A DNA stretch of 64,000 nt from assembly GCA_904063045.1 (NCBI GenBank), contig CAJFCJ010000005.1, forward strand, positions 1,317,988 to 1,381,987, written 5' to 3'. The position numbers and the translations under genes were made by a program. The stretch comes from Dimorphilus gyrociliatus. Lineage: Eukaryota > Animalia > Annelida. The first letter of the stretch is position 1. The number at the start of each line of letters is the position of its first letter. Below are positions 1 to 16,476 of the stretch, one piece after another. A model generated the notes under the pieces. That model worked only from the letters and a program-made list of their open reading frames with translations, ran no database searches and was not told where the DNA came from.

Positions 1-16
1 TAATGTAAGTTTAAGG

Positions 17-936
<920 letters not shown>

Positions 937-1828
937 GATTACTTGAATTTGTTGTGCTTCGAAACAGAAATGCTGATTTCCTTAGCAAAGCGAAAATTTG
1001 TCTAAAAAAACTGGCATGTCTAAACAGACCAGATTTGCCTTACCATTTTTTAGACCTACCCACAAACGTTTTTGAATGTGTGTGAAGTAAACTTCTAATT
1101 CAATTTTAACATTCATAATTACCTGATTAACTTTCTGTAGTTAAAAATTCTAATTGTATGCATGTAAACAAAATTTTTATTAGCAACGTAGTTCCGAATA
1201 TAATATGTCCTAAAAGATACAGCTGTTTCCGTTAAATATGTATCACAATTAAAATATAAATGCTATTATTGTCAAACAAATATGCGAAAGGCTGTTGCAA
1301 ATTATATTTATCATTCTTCAACAAAACATTATGATTAAATTTATGAAATGCTTGTAATATATTCTCTTCAAGTTTTATAGTATTTTCCAGCAATATTATG
1401 TAGACTTTCAGGAAAGCCAAAAGGCCATGACCAGCGCTTCTGAAAAGTGCATCTAATAGACCTTAAACTTCTACTGTAGATAATCATTTATAAAAAATTT
1501 CAAAATCACAAACACATAAATTTAGAAGAAAATCTTATTTCGTAAGTCATCAACTTCTTGAAGCCTTGATGTATTTTTAAAAAAATATATTTTTGAATGA
1601 TTGTATTATTTGTAAAACTTGGTCAAACATTCATACAATGTATTTTCAAATATTTTTAACTAGTATCAAGTGCTTATCCCTTATTTTTTAAAGAGAATTA
1701 GAAGAAATAATATTCATTATGTTAAAAGGAAGTCGAAGATATAACATTAAAACGAAATTAACACGACATTACTTTACAGGACATCTTGCAGCTTTTAAAT
1801 ACTATGAAAGACCTCAGCAAATAATCGC

Positions 1829-2439
1829 TTACTCGAGTTTTGGTTTTTCAATGCTTTCATCTTCAGTATCGGAATAGTCGCGAGGTTCCTGTCCAGGTTT
1901 CAACAGTCTTCCAACGAAAGGATATTTGTCATTAAACTGCTCTTCCCACTCTCGAACGGAATTCATTTGCATTTTGTTTAAGTCGCTTAAATCATCATAA
2001 ACGTCTTTAATTGATTCTTCGTTAAGAGAAAATGTTGCTAATCCTCGTGAAGCATCTTTCCCAGCAAACACACCATAGGGGGCTCCTATTTGTCGAATTT
2101 CAATTAAAAGATAGAAATTAAAGTTTTAGTTTACTTACCAATCCCATAAAATTTTTTCCCTTTAGTAACATCAAAGATTTTACCATTAACTGCTATTAAA
2201 ATTCGACCATCTTCACGCATGCCATCAAACTCTCTAAGCTGCTCCAATGTGAAATCTTTCTTCTTCATAGGAGGCAATTCTGGTTCAGGAGGCGGGCCAG
2301 GGTCATCCTGAGATCGACTTTTAAATATTTTATATATTACATAGCCGCACATTGCCAATAGCCCCACATTAATTGGATTAGTGAAGACATCCTTCAAAAA
2401 ATCCATTGCCGAACTTGATGAACGCGACCCTTGAGCCAT
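1829..2439 (-). CDS. PGRMC1: Membrane-associated progesterone receptor component (cytochrome b5-like heme/steroid-binding protein), 2 exons
   Basis: N-terminal TM helix, then KKKDFTLEQLREFDG...ILIAVNGKIFDVTKGKKFYG|IGAPYGVFAGKDASRGLATF...WEEQFNDKYPFVGRLLKPGQEPRDYSD. Intron 2086-2138 is GT-AG. ATG at 2439 preferred over the ORF-track start. Confidence 0.93.
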
Positions 2440-2546
2440 ACGTAACTGGTAACGAACTAAAAGTGTATGTTTTTCATCAAGGGTTCCCGTCCGAAACCAC
2501 AAAAGTATGAACACAACAAATAGTCACCAAGAGCCATACTTTGAAA

Positions 2547-2554
2547 TGACGTCA
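2547..2554. promoter_or_regulatory. CRE palindrome (TGACGTCA) in the 245-bp MAPR/TPD52 head-to-head promoter
   Basis: Exact TGACGTCA between divergent start codons at 2439 and 2685. Confidence 0.45.
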
Positions 2555-2684
2555 CTGCTTCATACACAACGTTCTATTTCCGGTTAGTGGCTATCACAAT
2601 ATTTTTTACAGTTTTATTAAAGCATAATAATATTTTTTCATAACAGTTGAGCGACTATTCTGAAATATTAATTCCGTTCAAATA

Positions 2685-4402
2685 ATGTCGATGGACACGA
2701 AAGCAAGTGATTCACAAATGTTTTCTCAAACAAGTCAAGGTATTCACAATTCCAGTTTTCGAAGTATTATTTTAAGTTAACTGAACTCCCTATCAAGAAG
2801 CTGATTTAACATTTTACAAAAACAAATTCAGAAAAAGCTTATGAGCCGAGATTCTATAAGATTAAGTCTATAGACTATTAGGTTATTAAATATCAACATA
2901 TTTTTACTGTAGAAATCAATCAAAAGCAATATGCGTCAACTTCAAGGTTTTATGAAATATATTTTATTCGATGTTTTAGACGATGAATTTTATGGTAATG
3001 TGGCAACATCAGTTGAAAATGATACTACATCTAAAAGGACCAGCTCACCACTCACTCCAGCCACTGAGGAAGATAACTTCAACTCACGCAGAGAGCAAGA
3101 ATGGAGAGATGAATTAGCTAAATTAGAAGATGACATTACAACACTTCGTCAAGTTTTACATTACAAAATTGAACAAACAAACGAATTAAAACATAAATTA
3201 GGTATAACTCCAATAAAAGAATTTCAACAAGACTTGAAAACTGGTATACAGAATATTAAGGAATCAGAGACGTAAGAAATCTATTATATTTAATAGTTCA
3301 TGATATAAGTATTAATAATACCTGTATAATATATAGTTTACAGAAAATCCAGAATTCTGAGGCGTGAGTTATTTTGAATTTTATATTATTCGAAACATTT
3401 CATATTCTATTGTGAAAAAGACATATACATTTACTTTGTCTAGATACCAGAAAACAGGCGAAGTTTTTAAATCAGTAGGAGCGAAAATGGGGGGAGTCTT
3501 CTCTCTAACAAAAAATAAATTGGGTGGCATGAGGTATTAATTTATTAGAACTTGATATTTTTTTCTATAATTTTTAGAGTCTTTAAATAATTTCTGACAT
3601 ATTTAACCACTTACAGGAATTCTACTGCTTTTCGATCTTTTGAGGAACGAATAGGAGGTGCCGTTTCTAATGTCAAAGTAAGTAAAATATTTGGAAGATT
3701 GAGCGCATACAAAAACTTCGTCATTAAGCTCATGGGTTCTCGGCTTTCTTCTTCCTAATACTTAAATGTCCACCCATACACAGCATTCGCGATCTATCGG
3801 TAGTCTTCGACATAGTTTGTCGACGACATCACCTATGTTCAGCAACGACCCAGAAGAGGGTCTGAGAGTGAGTGTACCCGGTAGTGATCTTTCTTTCATT
3901 ACACAGATTCAATATAGTGCTAAACGTTCTTAAGTTGTATTACTTATTTTCAAAAGCATTTGTATACTATACTTTTGTTTTCACTAGTTTCGAATTAATG
4001 TTGTGTATCCTTACGTTGTAAATGTCCGATACATCACTAAGATCAATTAAGATGAGAAAAAAATAAGCTTTCGAACGGAACTAGTGTTGTAATACTTTTT
4101 ACAGACAGCCATGCTACACAAAACGACCTCATTTGCAGAATCGGAAAAGCCTCAATATTGAAAGGTTTGAAGAAGACATTTTGAATTTGCTTTTTTATCC
4201 ATAAATGTTCTGTTTATCGCTAGTTTCGTTCGAAATTTTTTTTACTATTAAATTGAAGAGATAACAAGATATTAATTTACATTTTTCCTCATAGAGTCGA
4301 GTCCGTGGGAGCAAAACAGAGGAGGATTTTGAATCTGTATTGAAGGAAACGAAAGAAGAAGAAGCTCGTCAACCTTCCATTCCTTCGGCTCCTCCTTCTT
4401 AG
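2685..4402 (+). CDS. TPD52: Tumor protein D52 family protein, multi-exon with alternative 3' exons
   Basis: Coiled coil ELAKLEDDITTLRQVLHYK...ELKHKLGITPIKEFQQDL and conserved RNSTAFRSFEERIGGAVSNVK exon. Terminal exon SRVRGSKTEEDFESVLKE...PPS* ends at 4402. Confidence 0.88.
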
Positions 4403-4737
4403 TCATTTAATCTAAATTTTTTTCTTGTCCTTAATATTAAACTGTAATGTATAAAATTAAACGATAGTAAGAATGGTATGATTTGGTTTCTATATAATTG
4501 TAGGTAGGTTCCAATTAATTTTCATATATTTTATTATTAATCAATTTTGCAATATATTCTTACAATGACAAATATAATTTTTCAAGTTTTAGTTTGTCAG
4601 TATGAGGTGAAAAATAATCCCTAATTTTTTTGGCTAGTTTTAATTAAAAAGCCTTTATCAGCAATGGTTACAAGTCATAGAGATTTCCAAAACAGTGAAG
4701 ATAAATTTAAACTGAAAAACTTAAGCGAAATTGTAAA

Positions 4738-7433
4738 TTACTGATGATTTAAGTTGTCATTTGATTCATTTCTATTTTGTTGAAAGTTGTCTGTCTTCTT
4801 TTGGCTCCTAGGAAGAACTTCACTCTGACTATTCATATGTTCGACTAAAACATCTTTCTTGGGGATTCTTTCAACTTCTCTTTCTTCGTACAAACTCTTC
4901 GCCTTCACGATTTTCTTGTAAGCTATATTGGCAATAGCCGATTGATTTTTTACACCAGAATTTAACAAAGCTTCTTCTCTAATTTTATCCTGGAAAATTT
5001 TTCTGATTAACGTAAATAAATTAATCGATACTAATTCGTGCATATACCTCTTCTTTATGCTGTTTCAATTGCTTAATAATTTCTTTTTGCTCGTCGATCA
5101 ATCGTTTTTGTTCTTCTTGTTGATTACTCAGTTCCTTTGTTGTTTTTGCAAAGGTAACTTAATTACCATATAAAATTGAAAGGCACTTACTTTAATGAGT
5201 TTTTTTGCTTCTTCCTTATCTTGTTGAAGTTCTTGCTTGGCCTTTTCTTTTTCAATCTTTTCTTGGCGCCGCTTCATTTCCTCGGAACTCACAGTAGGCT
5301 GAAAACACGTCTACTAAAGAAAGAAAAAAGTTCATAATTTTTAGCCTACTACCTCTTTCATTTTATTATCTTCTCCCAGAATCGGCTCATTAGGATTGGG
5401 CGGCTCAACACGTTTTTCGTTCTCAACAACTTCCGCTGTAAATAGTTTCATTAATTTAAATAATCTAGGTTTTTTGAACAAAAAAAAAACCTTTCTTTTC
5501 AACATATGTAGAAGTGTCGATAGGTTTTAATTTTTCCATCAAAACTTCTTTAGGTACTTCTAGATTCGAAACCTTTTCTTCCAGTTTAATTTGCAATCTA
5601 TCGTCTGTTTTAACTGCGATTCGATCTTGTGAGTAAAGTGTTACATATGTGCTGGCCAACATTACAGTTATCCCCAAACATAAAACTAGCTATAAGAAAC
5701 AGTTTAAACGTGCTGTTCAGAGATAAACTCTTTTACCTGTCCTGTCGTTCTGGGCTTTACTTTGGTCGGTTTAGTAACAGTAAGAAACATTAAAGCCGGA
5801 AAAATAAATGATATCATTGACCCCATTGTTGAACCAGTTAACCCTAAAATAAACTCCACTGAAAAAATACACATTAAAACTGATCATTAATACATCTGTA
5901 ATATTTACCATTTGGAACACAAATTCCAATTGCTAGAGTGCTAAGAACAATAGCTATTGTGATAGATCGAAAGTGATTTACTGGTATGGTGCTGGATTCG
6001 GTTAATCCCTCGTGAGATGACTGAAAATAAATAATTTATCATAAAAAAGTATGAAAGATTAAGACTGTTTGCTTAAAAATTATTTTTGGCACGAAAAAAT
6101 CAGAATAAAAAGTTTTACAATTTAGTCTTTGATTTGAAATCAAGCGTGACACTATTATGTTACCTCTAAAGTTTGGTACTGAAAAAAAACATTGTTTAAA
6201 CCAATAAGTATAAATACTTTATATCTATCTTTTGGGATTATTGAGACAAAATTGCTATCAAAAACTTACTTTTGAAAAAAGAAGAGAATAAATGCTTGCT
6301 CTACAAGGAAATATGACTAGCGGAAAAGATAAGGCAACCGAAAGGACAAATCCAAGTTTCAGTGCTCCACTGAATATAGTTGGAGTGAAATTGACTAACA
6401 CGTCTCCAGAAATTTCATCTGAACAGAAAGCAACATAACCGAAATATCCGACCATAAGGTAGACACTTGTGCAAATGTTAATTGCATTCTTGACAATTGT
6501 ATCCATACGACTAGGAGTTGGTTCTGGTAAATTTTTGTACATGACAAATAATTGCCTGTAATTTATTACATATATTATTTATAATTTTGTAAAAAGATTC
6601 TACTTACGATTGGCATCCAAATGCCAAGCTAAGAATTGGCAAACATTTAAAAAATCCAGAATATTGCCACAAAATAACGTGATTTGTCCATTGGCTTGAC
6701 CATAAATTCGGAAAAGAAACAAAGAATATCTGTGTTTTTTTCAGATGAGTTTCCGATTACGCAATATCTTTAACTCACATAGCACACGAAAACAATGTAA
6801 AATCCAATTGATAGAGCACTGATGTTAGCTAATGATTCAACATTTCGTAAAAGACCCATTGGCAGTGCAACGCATAAACCCAGTAAAATCATTAAAAAGG
6901 TTCGTAAATGAGTAGTATTCTGAAAATCAGTAATTCAAAGAAGAAATCGTACTTCGTCATAATTTACAAGTGATTTTAACCTCGATTCCAAGGATTTTTG
7001 ATATTATATCAGGTCCCAGGTCACCAATTACTATATGGAATGCTACACAAGTTCCAAAGAGAAGTCCTATAATACTTATTTCTACACATAGCTTTCCAGC
7101 AGCTCCAAAAGCATGTAAGGCTAAGAAAAAATTAAAAAAATTGAATTTACTATACATGCAAAAAGTATTACAACCTAAGATTTCATATGATCCTTTTTTT
7201 GATGAAAAGGCCGCATTTAGCAACAAATTACATGATAAACGAGTCAACAAGGCTGATCCTAATATTAATGCAATTCCTAATAGTAGTCCACACTGGAAAA
7301 ACATATTAAATTTTATATATCTAAGAAATTACTGTCTTACCTGCTTAAAACAATAAGGCATTGCCAAAACACTAACGCCAATAATGCTGTTTCCTAGAGT
7401 TAAAACATACGACCAATTTGTACCTTGAGACAT
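4738..7433 (-). CDS. SLC38A10: SLC38A10-like sodium-coupled neutral amino acid transporter
   Basis: Start MSQGTNWSYVLTLGNSIIGVSVLAMPYCFKQ|CGLLLG, multi-TM exons (GYFGYVAFCSDEISGDVL, SFPLVIFPCRASIYSLLF) and the long charged C-terminal tail typical of SLC38A10. Confidence 0.88.
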
Positions 7434-7904
7434 CTTTGCTATTTGCTAAACAAGTGTCTGATTTTTTCAACGTGTCATGTGCACAACAGTTGAGGGATGA
7501 TCTTGATGCAATGAATGTTGTAATCTTAATCATTTAATATTACACATTGTAAAATGAAGGAAGATTATTAAAAGCTTGCTGTTATTAATTCTAAATAGAC
7601 AGAAAAACAGGTTTTACCCGAAAAGTATCGACGTCGATTCCTAAAGAGCACAATGGCAAAACATTAGTTTTAAAAAGAAAACTGGTAGAAAAAATACGAA
7701 AAAACTTTACAAAAATATTATCTTATTTAAGCGAAAAAGGAAGATACTACAAAAAATACTCAGATTACATTTTTTCTGTATTACTCTAAACTATAAAATA
7801 TATAAAATCGATTTGTAGATTTCCTATAGGAATCCCAGGTTTGTTGTCATTAGAAACGACAAAATCATTTATGCCTATGAAAAAAAACAGTCGGAGTAAC
7901 AGAA

Positions 7905-10799
7905 ATGTTCAAAATTTTTGCGATTATAATGTTAATTAACAACCTTAACTGTAGAGGTTCAGTCTTATTTTACTTTTGTTCAATAATAATATATTTACTT
8001 ATAGGAGAGATTGGAAGGGTCTTAAAATATTACGAAACACTTACTAGAAACGATTTCACTTTGGAAAAAATCTCAAGAACTAAGAGACAAACTGAATCTC
8101 CCACATTTTCCCAAAAATTAAATATAAGACTGTTTGGAAAGTAAATATATATATATATATATATATATAAAGATTTTGATAATTTTGTTAATTTTTTTTA
8201 GAAACCTTCAGTTACATGTAAATCCTGAGAAAAATGTTATGAGTAAAGATTTTCAAAGTTTTGTTAAAAGCACGAAACATTTTGAAGAAAAGTACATTGA
8301 GCATCCAAAGTTTTATAAAGGATATGTAAAAGGCTTAAAGAAAAGCACAGTTAGAATTCACTTTATAGCTAACGATGTATTTGCAGCAATTGACTTACCA
8401 GAAGAGCACATCTTTATTGAGGTGATAATCTTTAAACAAAAAATATATATCATAAATTTTATATATATAGCCTTCTTGGAAGTTCTTGCCCTTATCATCA
8501 AATTATTCCTTAATTGCATATAGAACATCACAGTTATCGTCAACTGATAGGTACTGTAGTATACTTTTTATAATGCTTTTTAGATAGTTTTCTCTATTTA
8601 AATTAAGACTCAAATGTGGATTTGTGGATCCGAATTTAGCTGAAGAGCCGAAAAATCAACACGGTATTTTTTTTCTTTAAAACACTTTAGTTAGTCATAG
8701 ATTAAGTTTGTGTCCTAATACTTAGTCCAAACTCATCGAGCGAAAAGAAATACAATTGCAAATCGGGTTTGTAAGCTGCTTTTAGTCGCTGATTACAAAT
8801 ATTTCGTAGAGGTTGGGAAAAAATCCTTTTCCGAAACAGTCAATAATATGGTAAATTTTTTTACAAATAAATTTTCCTTAACAGAAAATTATATTTATAG
8901 ATATCTAAAATAACTGAGGTAGACGCAATTTATCGTGCAACAGATTTTAGGAATGGATATAAGAATATCGGTTTTGAAATTCAAACGGTTTGACATCAAT
9001 TTTTTTTAAAAAAGTTTTATGAATCCTTGTTAGGTTGTAGTTCATGATGAGTTCACAAAAAATTCTGGAGAAAATCATTATAATAAGGACAAATCAAATT
9101 GGACTGCAAAAGAATTACTGAGAGCATTCGGATCGGATAAAAGTTTAAAACATGAAAATTATTGCGCTGCACATCTTTTTACAGCGACAAAATTTTCAGA
9201 TGGTATTCAAGGTGTTGCATGGATAGCAAAATCTGGCGCAGTTGGCGGAATTTGTGCTCCAGGAAGTGGTAGTACTAAATATAATACGGGTTGGTCAACA
9301 GCAATAGATAAATATGGTAATAGAATATTAACTTTCGAAAGTATTCTAGTTGCAGCACATGGTTAGTAATTCAGTTTTTTAAAAACATATAATATTTCAG
9401 TCTTTTAAAAGAATTAGGGCACAATTTCGGAAGCCAACATGATCCTCCATCATGTGCCACTGATAAGAATAATTTATTTTTAATGTACACTTACGCAGTG
9501 TCAGGTAAACAATCAAATAATCAAGTAAGAAAAGATTTTCTCTTTGTTCCATATTTTTAAAAAATGTTTTTTTGGTTTTAGAAATTTTCTCAATGTAGTA
9601 TTGATCACATATCAAAAGTTTTAAACAGCAGAGGCAGTTCTTGTTTAAAGGAACCATCAACTTCCTTTTGTGGTAATTACAAAAAAGAGGATGGTGAGGA
9701 TTGTGATGTTGGAAATGTTGCCGATGATAAATGTTGCACTACTAATTGTAAATTTAAAACAAATGCTGTATGCAGCGATAGAAATTCTCCTTGTTGTTTT
9801 GAATGTACTTATGCTAATTCGTCAGTAAAATGTTTGGATCAGTCCAATGTACTTAATTGTAAAAAAAATTCATTCTGTACTGGTAAATCACCAGAATGCC
9901 CTGACCCAAAATTTGAAGTTGACGGATCATCCTGTATCGATAGGTAATAATATGCCTTGTATAGATGAAACATACATGAACTTTTTTACAGTGGAAAATG
10001 TAAAAAGGGCTCTTGTCAACCATTCTGTGAAAGTTTGAACAAAAATAGTGCTTCTTGCCTATGTGCTAATGGTGATATAGTAACATTTCGAAAACTTAAT
10101 GTATTACAAATTTTCTTCTGTTTAGAAAATTCTTGTTCTATATGCTGTAGCGTAAATAACGGTACATGTGAAGTGCACAGAGAAAATGGGAAAAAATTAT
10201 TACTATCTGATGGCAGGCCATGCTTTGAAGGGATTTGTGAGAAAGTTTGTAATTATTTTACATTCTTTATCAAAACTATTGCTAATTAACAGGGAATATG
10301 TCAAAAAACTAAACCTGTTGTAAATAAGCTTTGGGATATTTTGAAAAAATTAAGCGTTAATGATATAAGTAAGTAAAGTTTTAAAAAATTTTTCATAAAT
10401 ATAATGAATTTTTATGTCTTTTAGTTGAATTTTTTAAGAAAAATTTGGTTCTCATGGTTATAATATTTTTCTCTGTAATTTATATACCAATCACAATTAT
10501 CATATCGTGTATCGATTATAAGAGAAAAGAAGATGAGAAATCACATAGACGATGGAAATATGAAATGGTTGGTTATTTCTTTACAAAAAATTTTTTCATT
10601 TTTTAAAAATATACATAATTTTCAGCCGAACCAGATATTTTTAAGCAATAGTGATAAGTTAACTATAAAGGCTACACGAAGTAAAAGAAGAGATAACTAT
10701 ATGGTTAAGAAAGATGAAGAAAATCAAAAAATTAAGAAAGAAAAAGTGTCAAAACAGAGAAATAAAGTTCATCCGTCAAACACAAATTATAATATATAA
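7905..10799 (+). CDS. ADAM17: ADAM17-like disintegrin metalloprotease
   Basis: Signal peptide, prodomain, Cys-switch-like KCGFVD, and zinc motif HELGHNFGSQHD assembled across the intron at ~9362-9410. Followed by disintegrin and Cys-rich exons, a TM segment (NLVLMVIIFFSVIYIPITIIISCID) and a short tail. Confidence 0.85.
8145..8169. repeat. (AT)n microsatellite in an ADAM17 intron
   Basis: Pure AT dinucleotide run just after the GTAA donor. Confidence 0.9.
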
Positions 10800-13098
10800 C
10801 TATGTTTGTTAGACATATATTTCCAAATTAAGAGACATTTTTTTTCTACAATAATGAAACATAATAGTAAAAAAGACATCATAAATACACAATTTTCTTT
10901 AATACTCCAAGAAATTACGTTGAAGATTTTTGTGGTTTCAAAGTGCTGAAAATTGTAATTCTGCACGCTGTTCTTTATAGGAATTTATAAAAAAAATAGC
11001 ATTCGACTTTCCTCAATTCTTTCACAGAAATCTAAAAAGTTTTTAGTGGAAAGCCAATTTTCAGTTAGTCTACGAAAGGTACTCTTCTTATCCTCGTAAT
11101 TATATTGATTTATCAAGCTTCTTCTATTTAAAAAAAACTATTCCTATAATTAAACTGGCTCCAGAAAGTAGCCTGATTTTTCTTTACTACAAAAAATAAA
11201 TACCATGTTACTTAAAGAAATGATGCAAATGAATTTTTTTTTTTCATAGTCACGGATATATCCAATTAAGTCTGATCGTCACGAAAATTTCTCTAATTAA
11301 TCAGTATATAGTCAAAAATTAGGCTTATTTATAAGAAACAGATTACCAATTTGTCTTCAGCACGACAACAATTCACCGAATATTCTCACGAATAAGCACA
11401 CAAAAATCATCCGTCTGTTATTGTTTCAGAAAAATCATACGTTGCCGAAGATCACAGAGTTTAATATATTTACTACCGTTTCTAAAGTTTCTTATCCAAG
11501 TAATTATTTTAGAAGATGTAAATAGTTTTGATGTTAATTCAGGATGTCCTTGCTTTTCTTGTTACCTGATCTTTCTTAGTCCCTTCCAGTGGAATATAAT
11601 TACATAGAATATACAGAGCACGTACTTTAAAGCATTTTATTGCACTTAAGTTTACAAACTATCTATTATATTGCTATAATATAGGAATCGAATATTCTCA
11701 AAGGAAGGCAAAATTGAAATGTGACATCAAATTTTTTTGTTTTTTTACCAGAGCGAAAGATGTGGGTTTTTATGAAAATATCAATCTGTGCAGTTTTTAT
11801 TAATGTAGACATATTATACATGGCGAGTCTATAATTTTTTTAATCAAGGAAGTTATTGAAAGGATATATCCTTTCAAACGGTTGGTTTCTTTAAGACCAT
11901 GTTCCTGGTCACGTAGCAGGTATCTTTAATTATATTATGCAAATTCGTATCATTTTAGCTTTTTCTGGATGATAACGGTTATGTTTTTAAAAATAAGCTA
12001 TATATTATGAAATCTCTCATTCATTAACTACAGTAATTTTAAAATATACATAAACTAAATTTTGTAATAAATCAAAGTAGAGGGCGCAGTCAAACTATCC
12101 ATCCCTCCAGTCGGTCAAAACAACAGGTGTGGATGTAAAGAGAAAATACCTTCTATTTACTGTTTAATTTCTAAACTTCTGAAAAACGGTAATAGAACAT
12201 AGAGTGTTTTAACTTTTTACCAAATTTTTTAAAGGTATGTTTTATGTCTTTTATGATTCTTTTTCAAAATTTTACAATATGTTAGATAAAATCTTCTAGA
12301 TTAAACTATTCGATTTTATAGGCTAAAATAATTAATACAACTCAAACTATTTTTACAAAATGGTTCTTTCTAAAAATACCTTTACACAGCGAATAACAAA
12401 ATATATGCATTGACGGAGAAGCGTTAAATTACGTATGTCAATTTACTTTAGTGCTTCCTTTCCACTTTTTCATGTTTCATTCCTTAGCAAACGAGTTTTC
12501 GACAAGTATAAAACCTGAATTTTTGATTATCATTTAAAAAGAACACAACGTGTAAATCAGCAAGAGAAAAATAATTACGAAATTAATTACTTTGCAAGTT
12601 CGTTAAAAAAAACTGCATTAAATGTACAAGCTAAAATATAAAACATAATTTTCTAAAAACATACTGTTGTGGTACTTTCTAATAATGATAAATTACGGTT
12701 TTTTTTTGATCTGAAAATGTATTAAAAACATCAAAAAAGATGACTTTTTTCAGAGATAAGAACGATCTTGTGTTAAAAGTTTTATCCCATATTACCTTCT
12801 AAGGTATTCTTTGACAGTTTTCTATTCTATCTCTTTTATACTACTCTTTTATAAGGAATATAGAAAATCGACTAATTTTTGAACTCTGTCTTATGAAGTT
12901 AAGGCTTTTTTTTACCACAAACATTTAGTTATTATAATTTATCAATTATTCTTTTCTAAAGAAACTAATATACTTTACACAAAAGATTCATTGATGCATT
13001 CACAATGAGATTTTTCTGTAGGTAAATGGAGTTATCTATTTAACTTTTAAATACCTTGAATGAAACTTTAATTATTATCCAAATAATCTTATTGCAGA

Positions 13099-14608
13099 AT
13101 GGTTATTGATCCTAAAGTTTTAGGACTTTTGGAATGTAAGTTTTTTGCTACAAACATATCTTCAAAAAACTGCTCATACAATACCACGCCGCATAATGTG
13201 AACTCCAGTTTCCATGACTTAAGGACAAATACTTTAGGTGATTTCATGTACGGCTATCTACTGCCAGTTTTCTTTTTAATTGGTATCATTGGGAACTCTA
13301 TTTCATTAAAAATATTCACATCAAAAGCTATTATGAAAAGATCACCAGCTACATACTACCTGTCCTCTTTAACTTGCTCAGATTTAGCAGTTTTACTTTC
13401 ATTTGTTCTTCTTGAATGGTTACAAAAGGGGCTGCCATATTTTAGCAAAACACAATTTTCTGTCATAAATCAAACTGGAGTTTGTAAAGCTTTTTTATAT
13501 ATATCATATTCAGCAAGGTTTGTGTCCGTTTGGTTAATCTGTTGCTTTACTTTTGAACGGTACATAGCCGTAAATCATCCTCTAAAAAGAAAAAGTTTGT
13601 GTACAAAGAAAACATCCAGAAAAGTCATTTTTGGCGTAATACTAACGGCATTAGTTATAAGCGTCTATGCTCCTATAAGAGGAGGCGTAAATAGGAGGAG
13701 CAAGGAATATGAGCCTCTTTGTGCTCTTCAACCTGAGCGTCAAAAGCCATCATTTACAACATATTTCAACCTTTGTTATGGATTCAGTGAGTACAGTTTT
13801 CTTTCCTTATGGAAATTCAACCAACATATATTTTTCATAGAAGAACAATTTAATCCCTTAAAATGAATTTCCATAATTTGTTTTAAATTAGATAAAAATC
13901 AGCCATGCATGTAAGGAGATCCTATAAAACTCAATAAAAACATTCTTATTTTATGCACATTGTGATGCCTTTCAGTGGATTAAAAGAATTTTAGGAATAT
14001 AACATTCACAGAAATGAGGGTATAGATTACTCTAAATATTATAGTCTGTTGTTCTCGTGCACTTTGTCCAAGTGACTTGTAATTGAATACTTCTATTGTT
14101 TTAAATTACAGGTATCACTGGGATTCCCGTTGTCGTCATCGTTATTCTAAATGCGTTTATTCTTCGAACATTAGTGTCAGGTACTTTGAAGCAATTTGGG
14201 TCAAAGTCAGAAGGACGCAAAAATACCCTAAGACCGAAATTTACGCTTATATTGTTAACTATTTCAACGTGCTTTGTTGTTCTTAATCTACCATATTTTT
14301 TCTTTTGGTGCAAATGTCACTTTAGAAACTTTCTAGAGGATATGCTCATGAGAACTGATTTTGGAAATTGTCGAGAAAAAATTTATATCACACGAGCTCT
14401 TTTTTGTGCAAATTATTGTATTAACTTTTTCTTGTATTGTTTAACGGGAAGTTACTACCGTAAAGAAGTGATTGCTATTTGTGGGAAAAAAAGCCCGGAC
14501 GTTGGACGAACATCTTTTACAGAGAGAAGTAGGGCGCACTCTTTAAGAGTAATAGCAATTGAAAGAAATGGTTCATTGTCAACGAAATCTAAAATTCAGC
14601 GAAATTAA
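13099..14608 (+). CDS. Class A (rhodopsin-like) GPCR, probable neuropeptide receptor (FMRFamide-receptor-like group), 2 coding exons
   Basis: TM1 GIIGNSISL, TM2 LTCSDLAVL, TM3 FTFERYIAVNHPL, intron after YGF (GTGAGT ... TTACAG, exon 2 from 14112), TM6 FVVLNLPY, TM7 NYCINFFLYCLTG. An acceptor (ttgcag) lies just before the ATG. Confidence 0.9.
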
Positions 14609-15011
14609 AGATTAATGTTGTTATTTACTCAATGTAAAAATGAATATCAATCAATACATTCTATTTTGAAAAGAGATTCTTCTATCATCGGATAATTGTG
14701 AGAATATAATAATTAAAAAAATCAAAAATTTGAAATTTAAAACCTTTAGAGTAAAGACACTTTTTATATTTCATAGAAAGAAGCAATTGTATTAAACTAT
14801 CTCCTTTTTCTGCCGAAATAATTGGCTTTTGTTTAAAAAAAAAGGGTCTAAACAAGATATTTTACTAATATTTTGCAAACTTATGTTGGTGTGTCGATTT
14901 CCTGACCTGACAGCAACTAAATCAGAAAATTGACACAAAAGCGCTAGAAGGAAAAAGCGGTTACAATGACCATATATATATTTCATTTTCTTTGACTTCT
15001 TTGTATTACAG

Positions 15012-16476
<1,465 letters not shown>

